Source: Hyaloraphidium curvatum SAG 235-1
Lineage: Eukaryota > Fungi > Monoblepharomycota
DNA length: 64,000 bases
NCBI GenBank assembly: GCA_025558095.1
Contig: JAIVFI010000006.1
Location: forward strand, 845,728-909,727
Direction: 5' to 3'
Position numbers and translations under genes: made by a program. Position 1 is the stretch's first letter. Every line of letters begins with the position of its first letter. Positions 23,233-34,664 of the stretch are shown here, one piece after another. A model generated the notes under the pieces. That model was not told where the DNA came from. It searched no databases and saw nothing but the letters and a program-made list of their open reading frames with translations.

Positions 23233-24570
23233 TCAATCCGACACGTCGAACATGACCTTGAGCACCCCCTTCCCCTGCGGATCCTCCCCCTTCTCGCACC
23301 ACTGGTACCCCTCCTGCGCCTGCCCCATCCCAATATGGTGCGACGCCAGCGGCTTCAGGTTGACGGTGCCGTCGGTGATCATGCGGAGCGCGGTGGGGTA
23401 GTCCGGGCCGTAGAACCACGACTGGCCGCACGGAGCGAGCTTCAGATTGTGCCATGCTCCGGCAAGAGCGGTCAACCCACCCCTCGGATCTCGAGCTCTC
23501 GGGGCAGCAGCTGCCACAGGTTCAACTTGACGTGCACCGTCGCGATCCCGACCATCTGCACCACCCCACCCTCCTTGACCGCCAGGCACCCCGTCTCGAG
23601 CGTCGCCTCGTGCCCTGCCGCGTCCACGACCACGTCGATCTCCTCCCCCGCGAACGCCTCCTTAGCCTTCTCCGCGGCCTGCTTCGGGTCCAGCCCCGCG
23701 ACGTCCACCGCCGCATCGGCGCCGAACGCCTTCACCGCCTCGAGCCTCTTGGCCTTGACGTCCGCCACTACCACCCTCCCCGCGCCCTCGCCCTTGGCCG
23801 CGATCAGCGCCAGCTGCCCGATCGGCCCGGCGCCGAGCACCAGCACGCGATCGCCCTTCTTCACCTTCGCGCGGCGCACGGCGTGCAGCGAGATGGCGAA
23901 CGGCTCGCACATCGCGGCCTCCTCGAACGTCACGTGGTCCGCGAGCTTGTGGCACTTGTCGGCGCGGTGCACGTGGTATTCGGCCAGCATAGTCAGGCCC
24001 TCGTACTTGCCCGACTTGTGCGTGGGTTCCAGAGCGACGCGGTCGCCGACCTTGAGGTTCGTCACGCCGGGGCCGAGCTCCGCTACGACCCCGCTGCCTT
24101 CGTGGCCCAAAATAAGTGGGTCCTTGGATTCGGTGCCGGGGGCGGCGCCTTCCCAGTGCGAGGCAAACATGTGCACGTCGCTGGGGAGGTGGAGCGCATG
24201 AGTGGACGATAATGGAGCCCATTGCCGAAACACTGAAGCCAGGAACGGCCTGACACAAGTTTCCGGCGCTGGAATGCTGGCAGGCGGGGAACGGCCCGGC
24301 GCCAGCATCCTCGGACCCCGGGAGACACTTTCCCCGTCCCTTCCTCCGTCCCTCCCAGCGCCTCCATTCTCCCCGTTCCGACCCTCCAGCCGCACCGCAT
24401 TCGGCGTCAACGCACCTCCCGCAGATCCCGACCCGCTTCATGCGCACCAGCACCTGCCCCTCCCCCGGCTTGGGCCTCTCGATGCTGTCCACGCGGAGCT
24501 CCCGGTGCGCGTGCAGGCGGACGGCGTCCATCGCCTTGTCGTCCGGGATCGGCATGGCGGCGGCCGGCAT
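23233..24570 (-). CDS. Zinc-binding medium-chain dehydrogenase (sorbitol/xylitol dehydrogenase-like), 2 introns
   Basis: VGICGSD formed across an intron; ILGHEGSGVV; GDRVALEP; CEPFAI; VLGAGPIG. Confidence 0.88.
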
Positions 24571-25711
24571 GGAGGGTGGAGACAGGGGCGGGGAACGGGT
24601 GGGATTTCGGTGGCGGCGCCGCGAACCCCGGCGCGACCGGCCGTCTTTTGCCACACAAACCACTCGGAGCATATTGAGGTCAATACAGTCGATGATGCGA
24701 GTACTGAATCCAAGGAAGGTGGACTTCCCTTGCTCTTGATTGGGCGTTCAGCTTGAAGGATCGCTGCCCGGTTTCGGCTGCTTGCCCGAGCAGCACTGGT
24801 AGCTTCAAAGTGAGCCCTCCCACGACGCGAGGTGGCTTGCGTCAGCATTCCGTCCATCGTCAAGGTAAGTCGACTTGAAACTGACCTCAAGCGAGCGGTG
24901 CTGGACACTCAGATGCTTCGCAGTGTTTACAGGGTCGTGCAGTGCGCCAACCGGTCTGCGCGGGCTGAAACAGTCCGCCCCAACAGCAGACGGTGCCACG
25001 CCGTTACGCCGGCGTCGACTGGGGGGAGATCCGCAAACTCCCAGGAGCAGGGGAACGTACCGGCGCGCCTCGGCAGCCCGACCTCGGCGGCGGCGACCCC
25101 AAAGACCAAGACCCCAGACCCGGAGCACGCGAGAGGGTACCAACCTGGTGAGCGTTGCCGTTGTTCATGATTGACGCGGCGGAGGATGTCGACGAGAGCG
25201 GGGGAAGGGAGGAAACGGGTGAGTGGGGTTGTTGACGGGGTGGTGGGGTCGGCGGGGCCGCTGCAGCCGAGAGGTCGGGTCTCGCGGGCGTGTTCTTGAC
25301 GACGGTGGGCGGGCCGACACTGGCAGGCTGCTGGGTGGGGGGGGAGTATGCAGTAGGCGAGCGGGAGATCGATCGAAGCCCGAGTATCGCCGAGCTTTGC
25401 CTTTCTCGGACATAATGTGCAGGTCTCGGGGGAACAGGACCGCGGGACCATCAAGCGCTGGAGACAGGGCAGCCAGCATCGGCTGGGGAAGACAGAGCTC
25501 GATCCAGCGTAGAGCGGCGGTGGCGGACGCGATGGGGCCGGGAAGCGGAGATGGAGAGCGAGTGACGTGGCACGAGGCAGAGCAAGATCGGCAAAGTGCA
25601 CGTGGATCATCGAGCGAGCGCAGGGGCAGAGCACGTGTAGTAGTAGCGCATAGAGCCGGAGCACATCCTCGAGGAGCAGTTATCAGCACGTCAGCAGGGA
25701 GTTGTTGAGCG

Positions 25712-25761
25712 CACCGGCCTGGTGGGCGGGAGAGGCGAGGGTCCCGCCCACCAGGCCGGTG
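25712..25761. repeat. Perfect 20-bp inverted repeat with a 10-nt loop
   Basis: CACCGGCCTGGTGGGCGGGA (25712-25731) pairs with TCCCGCCCACCAGGCCGGTG (25742-25761). Confidence 0.95.
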
Positions 25762-25810
25762 GGGGGACCCTGCGCTCTCCCGATCACGGGCGCGGCGGCG
25801 GGTAGAGCAG

Positions 25811-27525
25811 CTAGACGCGCCCGGCCGCGTTGAGCAAGTCACGGAGCGATCGGCGGGTGCGAGCACGAGCGAAGAAGCCGAGGAGTGCAGCGCCTGCGGG
25901 GATCTGACGCCACAGGCGATCGTAGGCGCGCAGGATAAGAGCAACAGGGTAGGAGCGTGCCACAACGTAGTGCTTGGCGTAGCGGACGAGCGCAGCAACG
26001 AGGTCGTCGCGACGCGTTGAGCGATCGTGGATCGCGCGGAACCGAGCTATCACCACGTGGAGGAAGAGCGAGTGGGGGTATGGGTTGTCGAAATCCGGCA
26101 GAGCGTTGACTGGGAAGGCAAAGAGGTCGCGCTTGTTGAAGTGCCGTGAGTGGACCCGGAGGTCAGGCGCAATCCACACCGTGCAGTCCAGGTAGTTCGA
26201 GAGGACGTCGGAAGAGTTGCTGCGCTCGAGGTCGAGGCCGATTTCGCGGAAGTACGGCGCGACGATAGCCATGAAGTCATCGTGGCGGAAGCCGAAGACG
26301 TTGATGTCATCCATGAGGCGCTTCCAGGCGTGCGAGAGGCGGGGAAAGGAGCCGCGCTCGCTGAGAAAGATACGAAGCTCAAGCCGGAGCAGGACCAGGT
26401 TGGCGATCTGCGGGCTGGAGTGCCCACCCTGGGGGATGCCCAGGATCTGGCGGAGCACACGGTCCCCGAGCGAAGCGTACGTGAAGTCGAGAACGATATC
26501 GAGGAGCATCATGAGCTTGTCCGCGTTGTAGAACATCGACCGATTGGCCATGAAGGGGGCCTCATCGGTCGAAATCCACTCGGCCTTGGCTTCGCGCCAG
26601 GACCTGTTGTGCGTCACCACGATGTAGCGATCCTGGTAGCGTTCGTGGCCAAACACGAGGTCGAGTAGCTGACGAATATGGGAGCGGACTGCGTTGTGGC
26701 GGAGCGCGTTGTAGAGGTTGGAGACGTCGTAGGAGTTGACAGCCGTCGAGAAACGCGGCATCTTCGACACGAACTCGGCACCGTTCGACACGAGCGTGAA
26801 GCCGTCGATCGCGGGAAAGGCCAGAGGCAGCAGTTCTCGTAGCGTCTCTGTCACCAGCTGGAGAGCGGCACCCAGTATCATGTCCGGCTTGTGCGTCAGA
26901 ACCTGGACCATCGCGCAGATCGGCCGGAGCTTGTACGGGGTCTTGTGCATCTTCAGCGTGCCGTAGAGGCGGCCCAGGACGGGCTTGGCGCGGAGGAGCG
27001 GAGTTCCGAGGGCCTCCAGTCGGGTATCAAGCCGAGCAGCGATGGCCTCCACCGTCTCGTCGACAACGGTGTAGGAAGGGGAGTCCATGAAGACGGCGTG
27101 GACCAGGTCGCCGTATAGGCGAGGGCAGATAAAGCCCCACACCTGATCGGCGGCCTTGTCCACGTTGGTAGCCACGATCTTCGACAGGAGCGACTTGAGC
27201 TCACGGTCCAGGCGCTTCTCCTCCTGGCGCGAGAAGCGAAGGGCACGGTCTGGGACATAAGTCGTAGCGACGTCGCGCAGGAAGGTAGCGAAGGCGGAGG
27301 ACCACGCCAGCAGAGCAGTGCGCACGGCCATCGGCGTCGTCGGCTTGATGAGCGACTCCACGGCCATGTGGATGGAGCCAATGAACAACTCAGCCTCAGC
27401 AAGGACGTCCGCATCTTTTGCAGGTCGGTGGTTAGGGTTGCGCCCAAAGCCACGGCGGAGCAGAGGGGTCGGCAGGAAGCCAAGGTCGTTGGTGCAGAGG
27501 TGACGACCACCGTGACGAGCCAGGG
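25811..27525 (-). CDS. Penelope-like reverse transcriptase, lacking its N-terminus
   Basis: HLCTNDL..LLRRGFGRNPNHRP; KMHKTPYKLRPI; SYDVSNLY (motif A); QILGIPQGGHSSPQIANL (motif B'); RLMDDI (motif C); NYLD; FNKRDLFAF thumb. Confidence 0.85.
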
Positions 27526-27569
27526 TCCAACACGATCGCCCCGCCCCCATTCCGTTGTCAACCATCGCG

Positions 27570-28601
27570 ATGCCGAACACCGATGCCGGCCCGGACGCGG
27601 CCGCCGACGTTCCCTTCCTCCCTCTCGACGTGCTTGGCCTGGTCATGGAGTGCCTTGTGTCGCAGCGCCGTCGCCGCACGCTCCTCGAGCTGCTCCTGTC
27701 CGACAAGGCGACGTTCGCGTTCGGCCACGGCGTCCTCGTGCGGGAGCTCGCGTTCCGCGGAGGCGCCGACGACGATCGCTGGGCGACGTTCGCGTTCCGC
27801 CCCGACGGCGCGTCGGGCTTCGAGCACGTGCGGACCATCAGCGCCCGCGGGGAGTCGGCGGCGGCGCTCGCGGTGATGCAGCGCGTCGCCAAGAACGTGC
27901 GCCGCGTGACGCTCGAAATCGAGAGCGTGACATACGGCTCCAATTTCTTGAAGGCGATCTCGCAGTGCGCCGCCCTACGCACTTTGGAAGTCACCTTTGT
28001 CCGCGTTGACCTCGACGCCGCGCTCGCCCCCCTCCCTTCCCTCCCCCGCTCAATCTCCCACGTCTTCATCCGCTTCATCCTCATCCCCGACGGCCGCCGC
28101 GTGCTGGAGCTCCTCGCGCGCTCCCCCGCCCTCGAGACGTGGGACCTCGGCGGGCTGTACGACCTCAACCTGCGGCTGCCCACATTCCCGACCCTCGTTC
28201 CGAAGCTGCGCCGCGTGCAGCTCCTGAGGAACGCGCACCTGGCAGAGCTGGCGACGCTGCCGCTGCGGCTGAGGGAGCTGGTCGTGGGGCTGGACGTGGA
28301 CCGGGGGAGGCTGTGGGCCACCAGGAATTTGCTCGAGGGGCTGAGGGAGCTGAGGTTCGAGTACGGCGCGACGTCGGACCTGCTTTCGGCCGCGCTGCCC
28401 GAGTCGCTGGAGAAGCTGACGATCGACGGCGCGCTGCTGTCCCTGGAGCCCGGGGAGTTCACGGCAGTGAGGGAGAAGCTCGACAGGCCGGGGCTGCGGG
28501 TGGTGCTGGTGAGGAAGATCCACTACGGCGCGTCGAGCTGGAACAGGGAGGAAGAGGTCGCGTTCTGGAGGTCGATGCCGAATGTTGTGATCGAGATGTG
28601 A
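27570..28601 (+). CDS. F-box-like/LRR protein
   Basis: N-terminal FLPLDVLGLVMECL followed by degenerate LxxLxL repeats; host-like codon usage. Confidence 0.65.
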   Translation: MPNTDAGPDAAADVPFLPLDVLGLVMECLVSQRRRRTLLELLLSDKATFAFGHGVLVRELAFRGGADDDRWATFAFRPDGASGFEHVRTISARGESAAALAVMQRVAKNVRRVTLEIESVTYGSNFLKAISQCAALRTLEVTFVRVDLDAALAPLPSLPRSISHVFIRFILIPDGRRVLELLARSPALETWDLGGLYDLNLRLPTFPTLVPKLRRVQLLRNAHLAELATLPLRLRELVVGLDVDRGRLWATRNLLEGLRELRFEYGATSDLLSAALPESLEKLTIDGALLSLEPGEFTAVREKLDRPGLRVVLVRKIHYGASSWNREEEVAFWRSMPNVVIEM

Positions 28602-28750
28602 TTCTCCGCGGAAAGGGCGAATAGAACTGAGCCCAGTCTTCCAAGCTGTCCCAACGCAAGTAGCCCCCTTGCAGGCCCACTTGATCGTGCGCCCAATGGG
28701 CCTCAGTCAATCCTACGATGCGGGGACCATGGCTCGGCGGCGGGATTGGG

Positions 28751-28783
28751 AATCCCTTGCTCCGCCGTCAGTCAGTCAGTCAA
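28751..28783 (+). promoter_or_regulatory. AATCCCTT-N8-(GTCA)4 motif upstream of LRR-kinase 2
   Basis: Ends 58 bp before ATG 28842; shared with two other loci in the window. Confidence 0.55.
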
Positions 28784-28841
28784 GCGCGTGCATGTCCTCG
28801 CGGGCCTCTGTGGAGTGCTGCGGGCCTGCGGCAGGGACGCG

Positions 28842-31431
28842 ATGAAGAAGTTCTTCGGCATCGGCCGGCGGAAGGAGGACAAGGATGCGCGGCAGCCCCC
28901 GCAGCCGGCCCCCGCTCCCGCGGCGCCCGCACCGAAGGCCCCCGAGCTCACGAAGGACGATGCGGCGTACTGGCGCGCACGGCTCGAGGGGTACACGGAG
29001 CTCAAGGCGGAGGGCCAGGCCATCGGCGACAGCGGGGTCCGCGCGTTGGCTGAGGCGCTGAGGAGCAACTCGACGCTCACCACCTTGTGGCTGGACAACA
29101 ACTCGATCGGGGACGAGGGCGCTCGCGCGCTGGCGGCGGTGCTGAAGGGGAATTTAGCACTTGCTGGCCTGAGCCTGAGCAGCAATTCCTTCGGGGACGA
29201 GGGCGCCCGCGCGCTCCTTTCCTCGCTCGAGCTCAACCCGTCACTGACGAGGCTGGACTTGGCCAACAACGGAATCTCCGACGCGCTGCTCGAGGAGATC
29301 AAGAAGGTCGTCAGCGATCCGCGGAGGAAGGAGAGGGCACTGCAGAACCGCATGTGCCCTACGTGCAAAATGTGGCCGAAACTGATGGGCTTTGATTACT
29401 GTTCCAGGTCTTGTGCAAAACTGGGCCAGCAAGGGCACGCGAGAGCCGCTCCTGCGCCGACGAAGGATGATGCGCCGTATTGGCGTGCGCGACTTGCGGG
29501 GAAGACGACGTTCGAGCCGGAGGGCGAGGCCATTGGCGACAGCGGGGTCCGCGCGCTGGCAGACGCGCTGAGGGGCAACTCGACTCTTAAAACACTGGAC
29601 CTGGACGAGAACTCCATCGGGGTCGCCGGTGCCCGCGCAATTGCGGAGACGCTGAAGTGGAACTCGGTGCTGGCCACCCTGTTGCTGAAGAACAACTCCA
29701 TTGGGGACGAGGGCGCCCGCGCGCTCCTTTCCTCGCTTGAGCTCAACCCGTCACTGACGAGGCTGGACTTGGCCAACAACGGAATCTCCGACGCGCTGCT
29801 CGAGGAGATCAAGAAGGCCGTCAGCGATCCGGGGAGGAAGGGGAGGGCGCTGCAGAACCGCATGTGCCCTACGTGCAAAATGATGCCGAAACTGATGGGC
29901 TTTGATTACTGCTCCAGGCCTTGTGCAAAGGTGGCCATGCAAGGGCACGGGATCCAGAAGGCCGTCGAGGATCCGGGGAGGAAAGATAGGGTGTTGCTGA
30001 TGCAGAACGACCTCGAGATTGAACGAAACGGGGTCTCCGAGCGCGCGCGGGGAGGGGAACGAGCGAGGGAAGCCGATCGAGCGCGGGAGACCGAGCACTT
30101 GCGGGAGGCCGAGCTGGCGCGGGAGGCCGAGCGGCGGAGAATCGAGGCCGAGCAGCAGGCCGCGCGGCAACGTCAGCGTGAAGCAGCCGAGGACGAAGCC
30201 CGCCGGAAGCAGGAGCAGCTCGAAGACGAGGCCCGGGCACGGCAGGCCCGGGAGCGCGAGGCCGAGCTCGCCCGACGGCTGGAACAGGTCAAGCTGCGGG
30301 AGGAGGAGGCGGAGCGCAAGATCGCTGAGGCGCAGGAGATGGCCAAGCAGGCTCGCGGGGACAGCGGTTACGACCCCGCGATCACCCCCCGCCCCGCCGA
30401 CCCGGCCTCGCCCGCGGGCGAGCGCGGCAGCACCCGCAGCAGCCACGAGATCTCCCCCGCGCACCTCGAGCAGGGCCGTTTCCTCGGCGCCGGTGGCTTC
30501 GGCACCGTGATCGAGGGCACCTACCAGAAGCACACCCGTGTGGCGCTCAAGATGATCCACGGGTCGAACCTGCGGGGGCGGCAGCTCGAGAAGGCGATTG
30601 CGGAGCTGGAGAGGGAGATGGACGTGTGGTCACGGCTGCCTTACCACGTCAATGGTGACTCGACTTCCTTTCTTAGTCCCGATCTGGATTCTGACCGCGT
30701 GCTTGCCAGTGCTCCCGCTCATGGGATGGTGCCGTGACCCGCTCTGCCTCGTCACACTTCTGATGCCCGGCGGGACGGCCAAGAACTACCTCGGCTCGCT
30801 GCAACCCAAACCCTGGGACCCGCGCGCGGTGCACCGGCTTCTGTTCCAAGTCGCGCTTGGGATGAACCACTTGCACTCGCTGCCGACGCCAATCCTCCAT
30901 CTCGATCTGAAGGGGGACAACGTGCTTGTCGATGAGAACGGGGTGGCCAAGATCTCGGACTTTGGGATGTCCAAGATCCGGGCGACGGCGTCGCTGCACT
31001 CCACGAAGCGGTCGGGAGGGACGCCGGTGTTCATGGCCCCCGAGAGTGAGCCCCCCCGGCGCGCTAGCACGCCTCCTCGAGCGCTGACGTACTTTCCTTG
31101 CTCAGCCTTTGCTCGGCCCAGGCCTAAGCCCGGCACCGCCACCGACGTCTACGCCTTCGCCATGACCATGTGGGAGCTCCTCTCCGAGGGCGACATCCCC
31201 CTCGGCGACGAGCTCATGGACGAGGACCTCATGGTCCCCGGGCACGGCGTCGACATGGAGGCGTTCGGCGCGCGGCTCCGTACCGATCCCTCGTTCAGGC
31301 CCGAGAGGCCGAGGGGGTTGCCGGATGCGACGTGGGGGCTGATGACGAGGTGCTGGGCCTTGGATGCGGGGGAGAGGCCGGGGTTCGGGGAGGTCGCGGA
31401 CGAGCTGAAGAGGATCCTCGACGGGCCGTGA
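28842..31431 (+). CDS. (LRR + CxxC..YCxxxC zinc finger)x2 + coiled coil + TKL protein kinase (paralog 2), 2 introns
   Basis: Starts MKKFFGIG, like paralog 1; LGAGGFGTV, HLDLKGDN, DFG, APE. Introns 30655-30709 and 31046-31105 are at the same positions as in paralog 1. Confidence 0.9.
28950..29945 (+). repeat. Intragenic tandem duplication, 510-bp period
   Basis: ACGAAGGA occurs at 28950 and 29460; about 29193-29420 is nearly identical to 29703-29930. Confidence 0.9.
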
Positions 31432-31549
31432 GCTGCCAGGACGAGTCCGCGTGCTTTACACTATCGGCTTCGTACTCATGAGGTATTCCGTGCTATACTG
31501 CTAGTTCTACGCCATCGTGTCCCCAATGAGGGTCTTACGCTAGCTGGCT

Positions 31550-32155
31550 TCACTCAGATCCCTCAGAAGACCGATCATCGGGGCCCGGACGGGCCCGTAA
31601 GTCATCCGCATTAAACACGTACGGGTTGTCGTCCCCGTCGTAGTCATCCTCGTACTCGGACGACGTCTCGCTCTCGGGCCCAAACAGGTCGTCGTCCGTG
31701 CCGTCGCAGTCCGGGCTCATGGCCGTCTTGGCGAGCTCCCACTCCTCCTCTGCCGCCGTGCAGCTCCACCATGTATGCTCCACGTCGTCCCGCCCTTTGA
31801 TACACAGCTTCAGGTGGCCGACCGCGTTTTCGTACAGCTCGCAGAGGTCGAGCGCGCCGCGGCCCTTCTTGTAACGGTCCCACAGGGCGTTCACGTGGGC
31901 GTTTGCGGCATTTCCGTCGCGGAAGGACTTTTCCCGCTCGAGGAGCGGTTTCTTGTGCGCGCGCTTGGGGAACACGCTGAGATGCATGACGAGGGAGGGC
32001 ACGGCGGCCAGGCGCGGTCCGCGGCTCGCGGCGGGCGCGGCCTTTGCCGGCGCGGGCTTCGGCGCCGGCTCCGCGCGGGCGGCGGACGTTTTGGTCCTTT
32101 TCGGGGCCCGGTTGCCCGAAACCGGGGCCGGCTCGGTTTCGGAACGCTTAGGCAT
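31550..32155 (-). CDS. Hypothetical protein (basic N-terminus, acidic C-terminus)
   Basis: Open frame with host-like codon usage; no family recognised. Confidence 0.55.
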   Translation of the reverse strand: MPKRSETEPAPVSGNRAPKRTKTSAARAEPAPKPAPAKAAPAASRGPRLAAVPSLVMHLSVFPKRAHKKPLLEREKSFRDGNAANAHVNALWDRYKKGRGALDLCELYENAVGHLKLCIKGRDDVEHTWWSCTAAEEEWELAKTAMSPDCDGTDDDLFGPESETSSEYEDDYDGDDNPYVFNADDLRARPGPDDRSSEGSE

Positions 32156-32268
32156 TTGGACGGATGTCGGGGACCCGCGTCCCTTCCTTGCGCCGCCGAC
32201 ATGAGTCAAGGCTCATCTTCCAACCAACCAGCACAGCTCATCCAATCTAGGTTCCAATCCAGGTCCAT

Positions 32269-34510
32269 TTAGCTCCCACCGCCCTCCCGCGCCGTCCACA
32301 CCCTGACCCCGCACACCTCGTGCCTCTGGCACAGCCCCCCCGTCGCCGCCGTGAACCCCACGCACGCCTCCTCCCCGACCGCCGCCGCCAGATCCACCTT
32401 TGCCGCGAGCACCCGCCTGTAGTCTCTCCCCCTGAGCGTCGGCACCGGATCCGCGTCCGCCGGCGGGCCGCATTCCTCCCCCTCGAGCAGGCACACGTTC
32501 GGGTCCGCGGGGAGCTCGGTGAGGTACACCGCGAGCTCGCCGGTGGGAGCGGAGTATGCGATGCGGGAGTAGTATAGGGTGCCGTCGTTGAGCTTGGGGA
32601 GGTGGGTGGTGCAGGCGACGGCGAGGCGGTGGTGCGCGGCGAGGGGGGAGCCCGAGGGGGGGACCATGAGGGCGATGTGGTTGCCGTTGGGGTCGTCCGC
32701 GCGGTCCTTCGATTCTGGGAACCGCGTGGGATCAACATGGCGAAGGAGGCGAGGTGCATCGAGGAGATGGGCTCACCGTAGGTATCGAACTCGACCGCCA
32801 CCGCGCGCCTCAACCCGCCGTACCCCAGCTCCGCCCCGCCCGTCCCCAACGCCATCGGCCCCTCTTCGTGATCCCCGTGCAGCACGAACGCGAACCCGTC
32901 CGCGCCGCCGCCGTCGATCCGGAACGCGAACTCGGCGAGCCAGCTCGCGTCCGTGCGGAGGAGGGGGATGGCGAAGAAGGAGCCGCGCTGGTCGTTGGTC
33001 GGCGGGGTGAGCTGCACGGAGAGGATGGGGTGTCGGGAGATGGGGGTGGGGCCGTGCAGGAGGGAGAGTTCGGCGGAGCCTGGTACCGGGCGGCAAGGAT
33101 GAGATTGAATGGCGGATAGTAAGCCACGGCGCGAGACGTACCATTGAGGACGGCGAGCAGCCCCGTGTCGTCGGACGACGGCCGCACGGGCAGCTCAAAG
33201 ACGAGCTCCATGCCGTCGGGCGCGGGGCACGGCGTGTCATCCGGGTCTGCCTCGCCGCCGGTGCCGAGCTCGCCCCGAGCCTTCCGCCACTCGACCGACC
33301 CGCTGACCCGCCCGACGTTCTCGGCCTCCCCGCCCGCCTCGCCCGCCAGAAAGGCGGCCTCGAAGTGGTCCGCGTCCAGCTGCCTCCGCCGCGCGGCCTC
33401 GGCCCCTCCCCCCCCCGCCGCCGTCAACGCCTCCCCGTTCACGTGCTCCACCAATCGTGCCAACGCCTCCTCCGAACACCGCGTCCGCCTCGCCCGCACC
33501 CCCTCCCAGTCCCGCGAGTACTTCCTGATCACGTCCTGCACCCCCTGGCCAGTGAAGGCAAACACGTACGACAGCTTCTTCCCCCACCCGCGCTCGTACA
33601 GCAGCGGCGCGTCCCACGCGTCCTCGCACGGGTCCATGTGGAGGTACCGCCCGCCCCCCGCGCCGTCCTCGATCCACACCTCGCACCACACGTGGTCCGT
33701 CGAGTCGAGAACCCATCGCGCGTCGAAGCCCAGGGAGCGGAGGCACAGGGCGAAGCAGTTTGCCCACTCGCCGCAGCGGCCGCGCCGGCTCTCGAGGAGC
33801 TTCACGGGGTCGTTGTACCGCGGGAAGCGGGTCACGGAACGGCAGTCCGGGCACGCGTACGACTCGACGCGCCGCGCGCCGTGCCGCAGGTCCTCGGGGG
33901 TGGGCTCGGCCATGCCCTTGGACTCCATCCGCGCCGGCTCGCAGCCGCAGGAAGAGCAGGGCGGCGCGTTGACCCAGGTGAAGAACTCGGCCTTGAACCA
34001 CCGCATTGCGGCTTTCGCCAGGGCCGCGAAGAAGTCGTCGCCCTCGGCCAGCGTCGAGAGCACCTCCTCGTGGAAGCGGTCCACGGGCATCGCGTTCCGC
34101 GCGGCCTCCTGCGCGGCGTCCGAGTCGTAGAACTTGCGGGCGTGCGCGACGTGGTGCCGCAGCAGCACGAGCATGTCGCGCTCGCCGAAGGCGGCGTCGG
34201 CGGCGGCCTTCTTGTCGGCCTGCGCCTTGAGGAAGCGCTGTGTGATGGATGCCGCGATGGCGTCCGCAGAGAGGTCCGCGGGGGGCGCTTCCGGGCCTCC
34301 AGGTGGCGTCAGCAATGGCTGCCGTTCCGCAGGCGCTATTTCCGCGGGACCATTTGGCGCCGGTTCCGAGAGGGACGCGTCCGCGGGATCCGAAACGTCG
34401 GGCCGGGTGTCCTCTCCCGGAGCGTCCGGGGGTCCGTTCGGCACGTCGGGGACCCCCGAGTCGGCCGGCATGTCATACTGCCGTTTGACGGCGGGGTCTA
34501 TAGGCGGCAT
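32269..34510 (-). CDS. PNG1: Peptide:N-glycanase with C-terminal L-type lectin domain, 2 introns
   Basis: WFKAEFFTWVN; two CxxC pairs; RFPRYNDP; RGRCGEWANCF, DHVW and HMDPCE triad; WGKKLSY. Lectin motifs GADGFAFVL, GGAELGYGG, AVEFDTY. Confidence 0.92.
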
Positions 34511-34664
34511 TTCCGCCCGTGTCGGGTTGGGAGCGAGAGCAGGGAGACGAGGAACAAGGGACTCGCGCCGAAGTCAGCAAGCTCCAGTCCGCGCGATCCG
34601 AGTTCAAGTCCGTTCTCCCCAATCTACCCTCTCGGCTTGTCCATATGTACACGCACAATGTCCC

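Larger units (their letters stand above)
25141..27530 (-). mobile_element. 5'-truncated Penelope-like retroelement (Naiad/Chlamys-type); boundaries approximate
   Basis: Intronless RT frame with composition differing from host genes, a 3' non-coding region containing a hairpin, and a 5' end about 40 bp from the ATG of a host gene. Confidence 0.7.

Noticed and set aside
24927-25664. Cys-containing ORF downstream of the RT as a second element gene
   Set aside because: No recognisable motifs; may be chance in GC-rich DNA. Needs comparison between element copies.
25700-25813. Stop-codon readthrough or selenocysteine recoding into a C-terminal endonuclease
   Set aside because: The stop is TAG, a second in-frame stop follows 8 codons later, and no GIY-YIG motif is visible downstream.
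27425-27440. Internal telomere seed (GTTAGGGTT) in the PLE, and GGTTAGG near 57450
   Set aside because: Single copies; the first lies within the RT coding frame and the second is an intron branch site on the minus strand.
27530-28462. N-terminal ~310 aa of the 883-aa minus-strand ORF as part of the RT protein
   Set aside because: It is the antisense shadow of the F-box/LRR gene at 27570-28601; RT-like sequence begins only near 27525.
28745-28760. NF-kB site (GGGAATCCC)
   Set aside because: Only one of the three motif copies has the GGG, and there is no evidence for NF-kB in this host.
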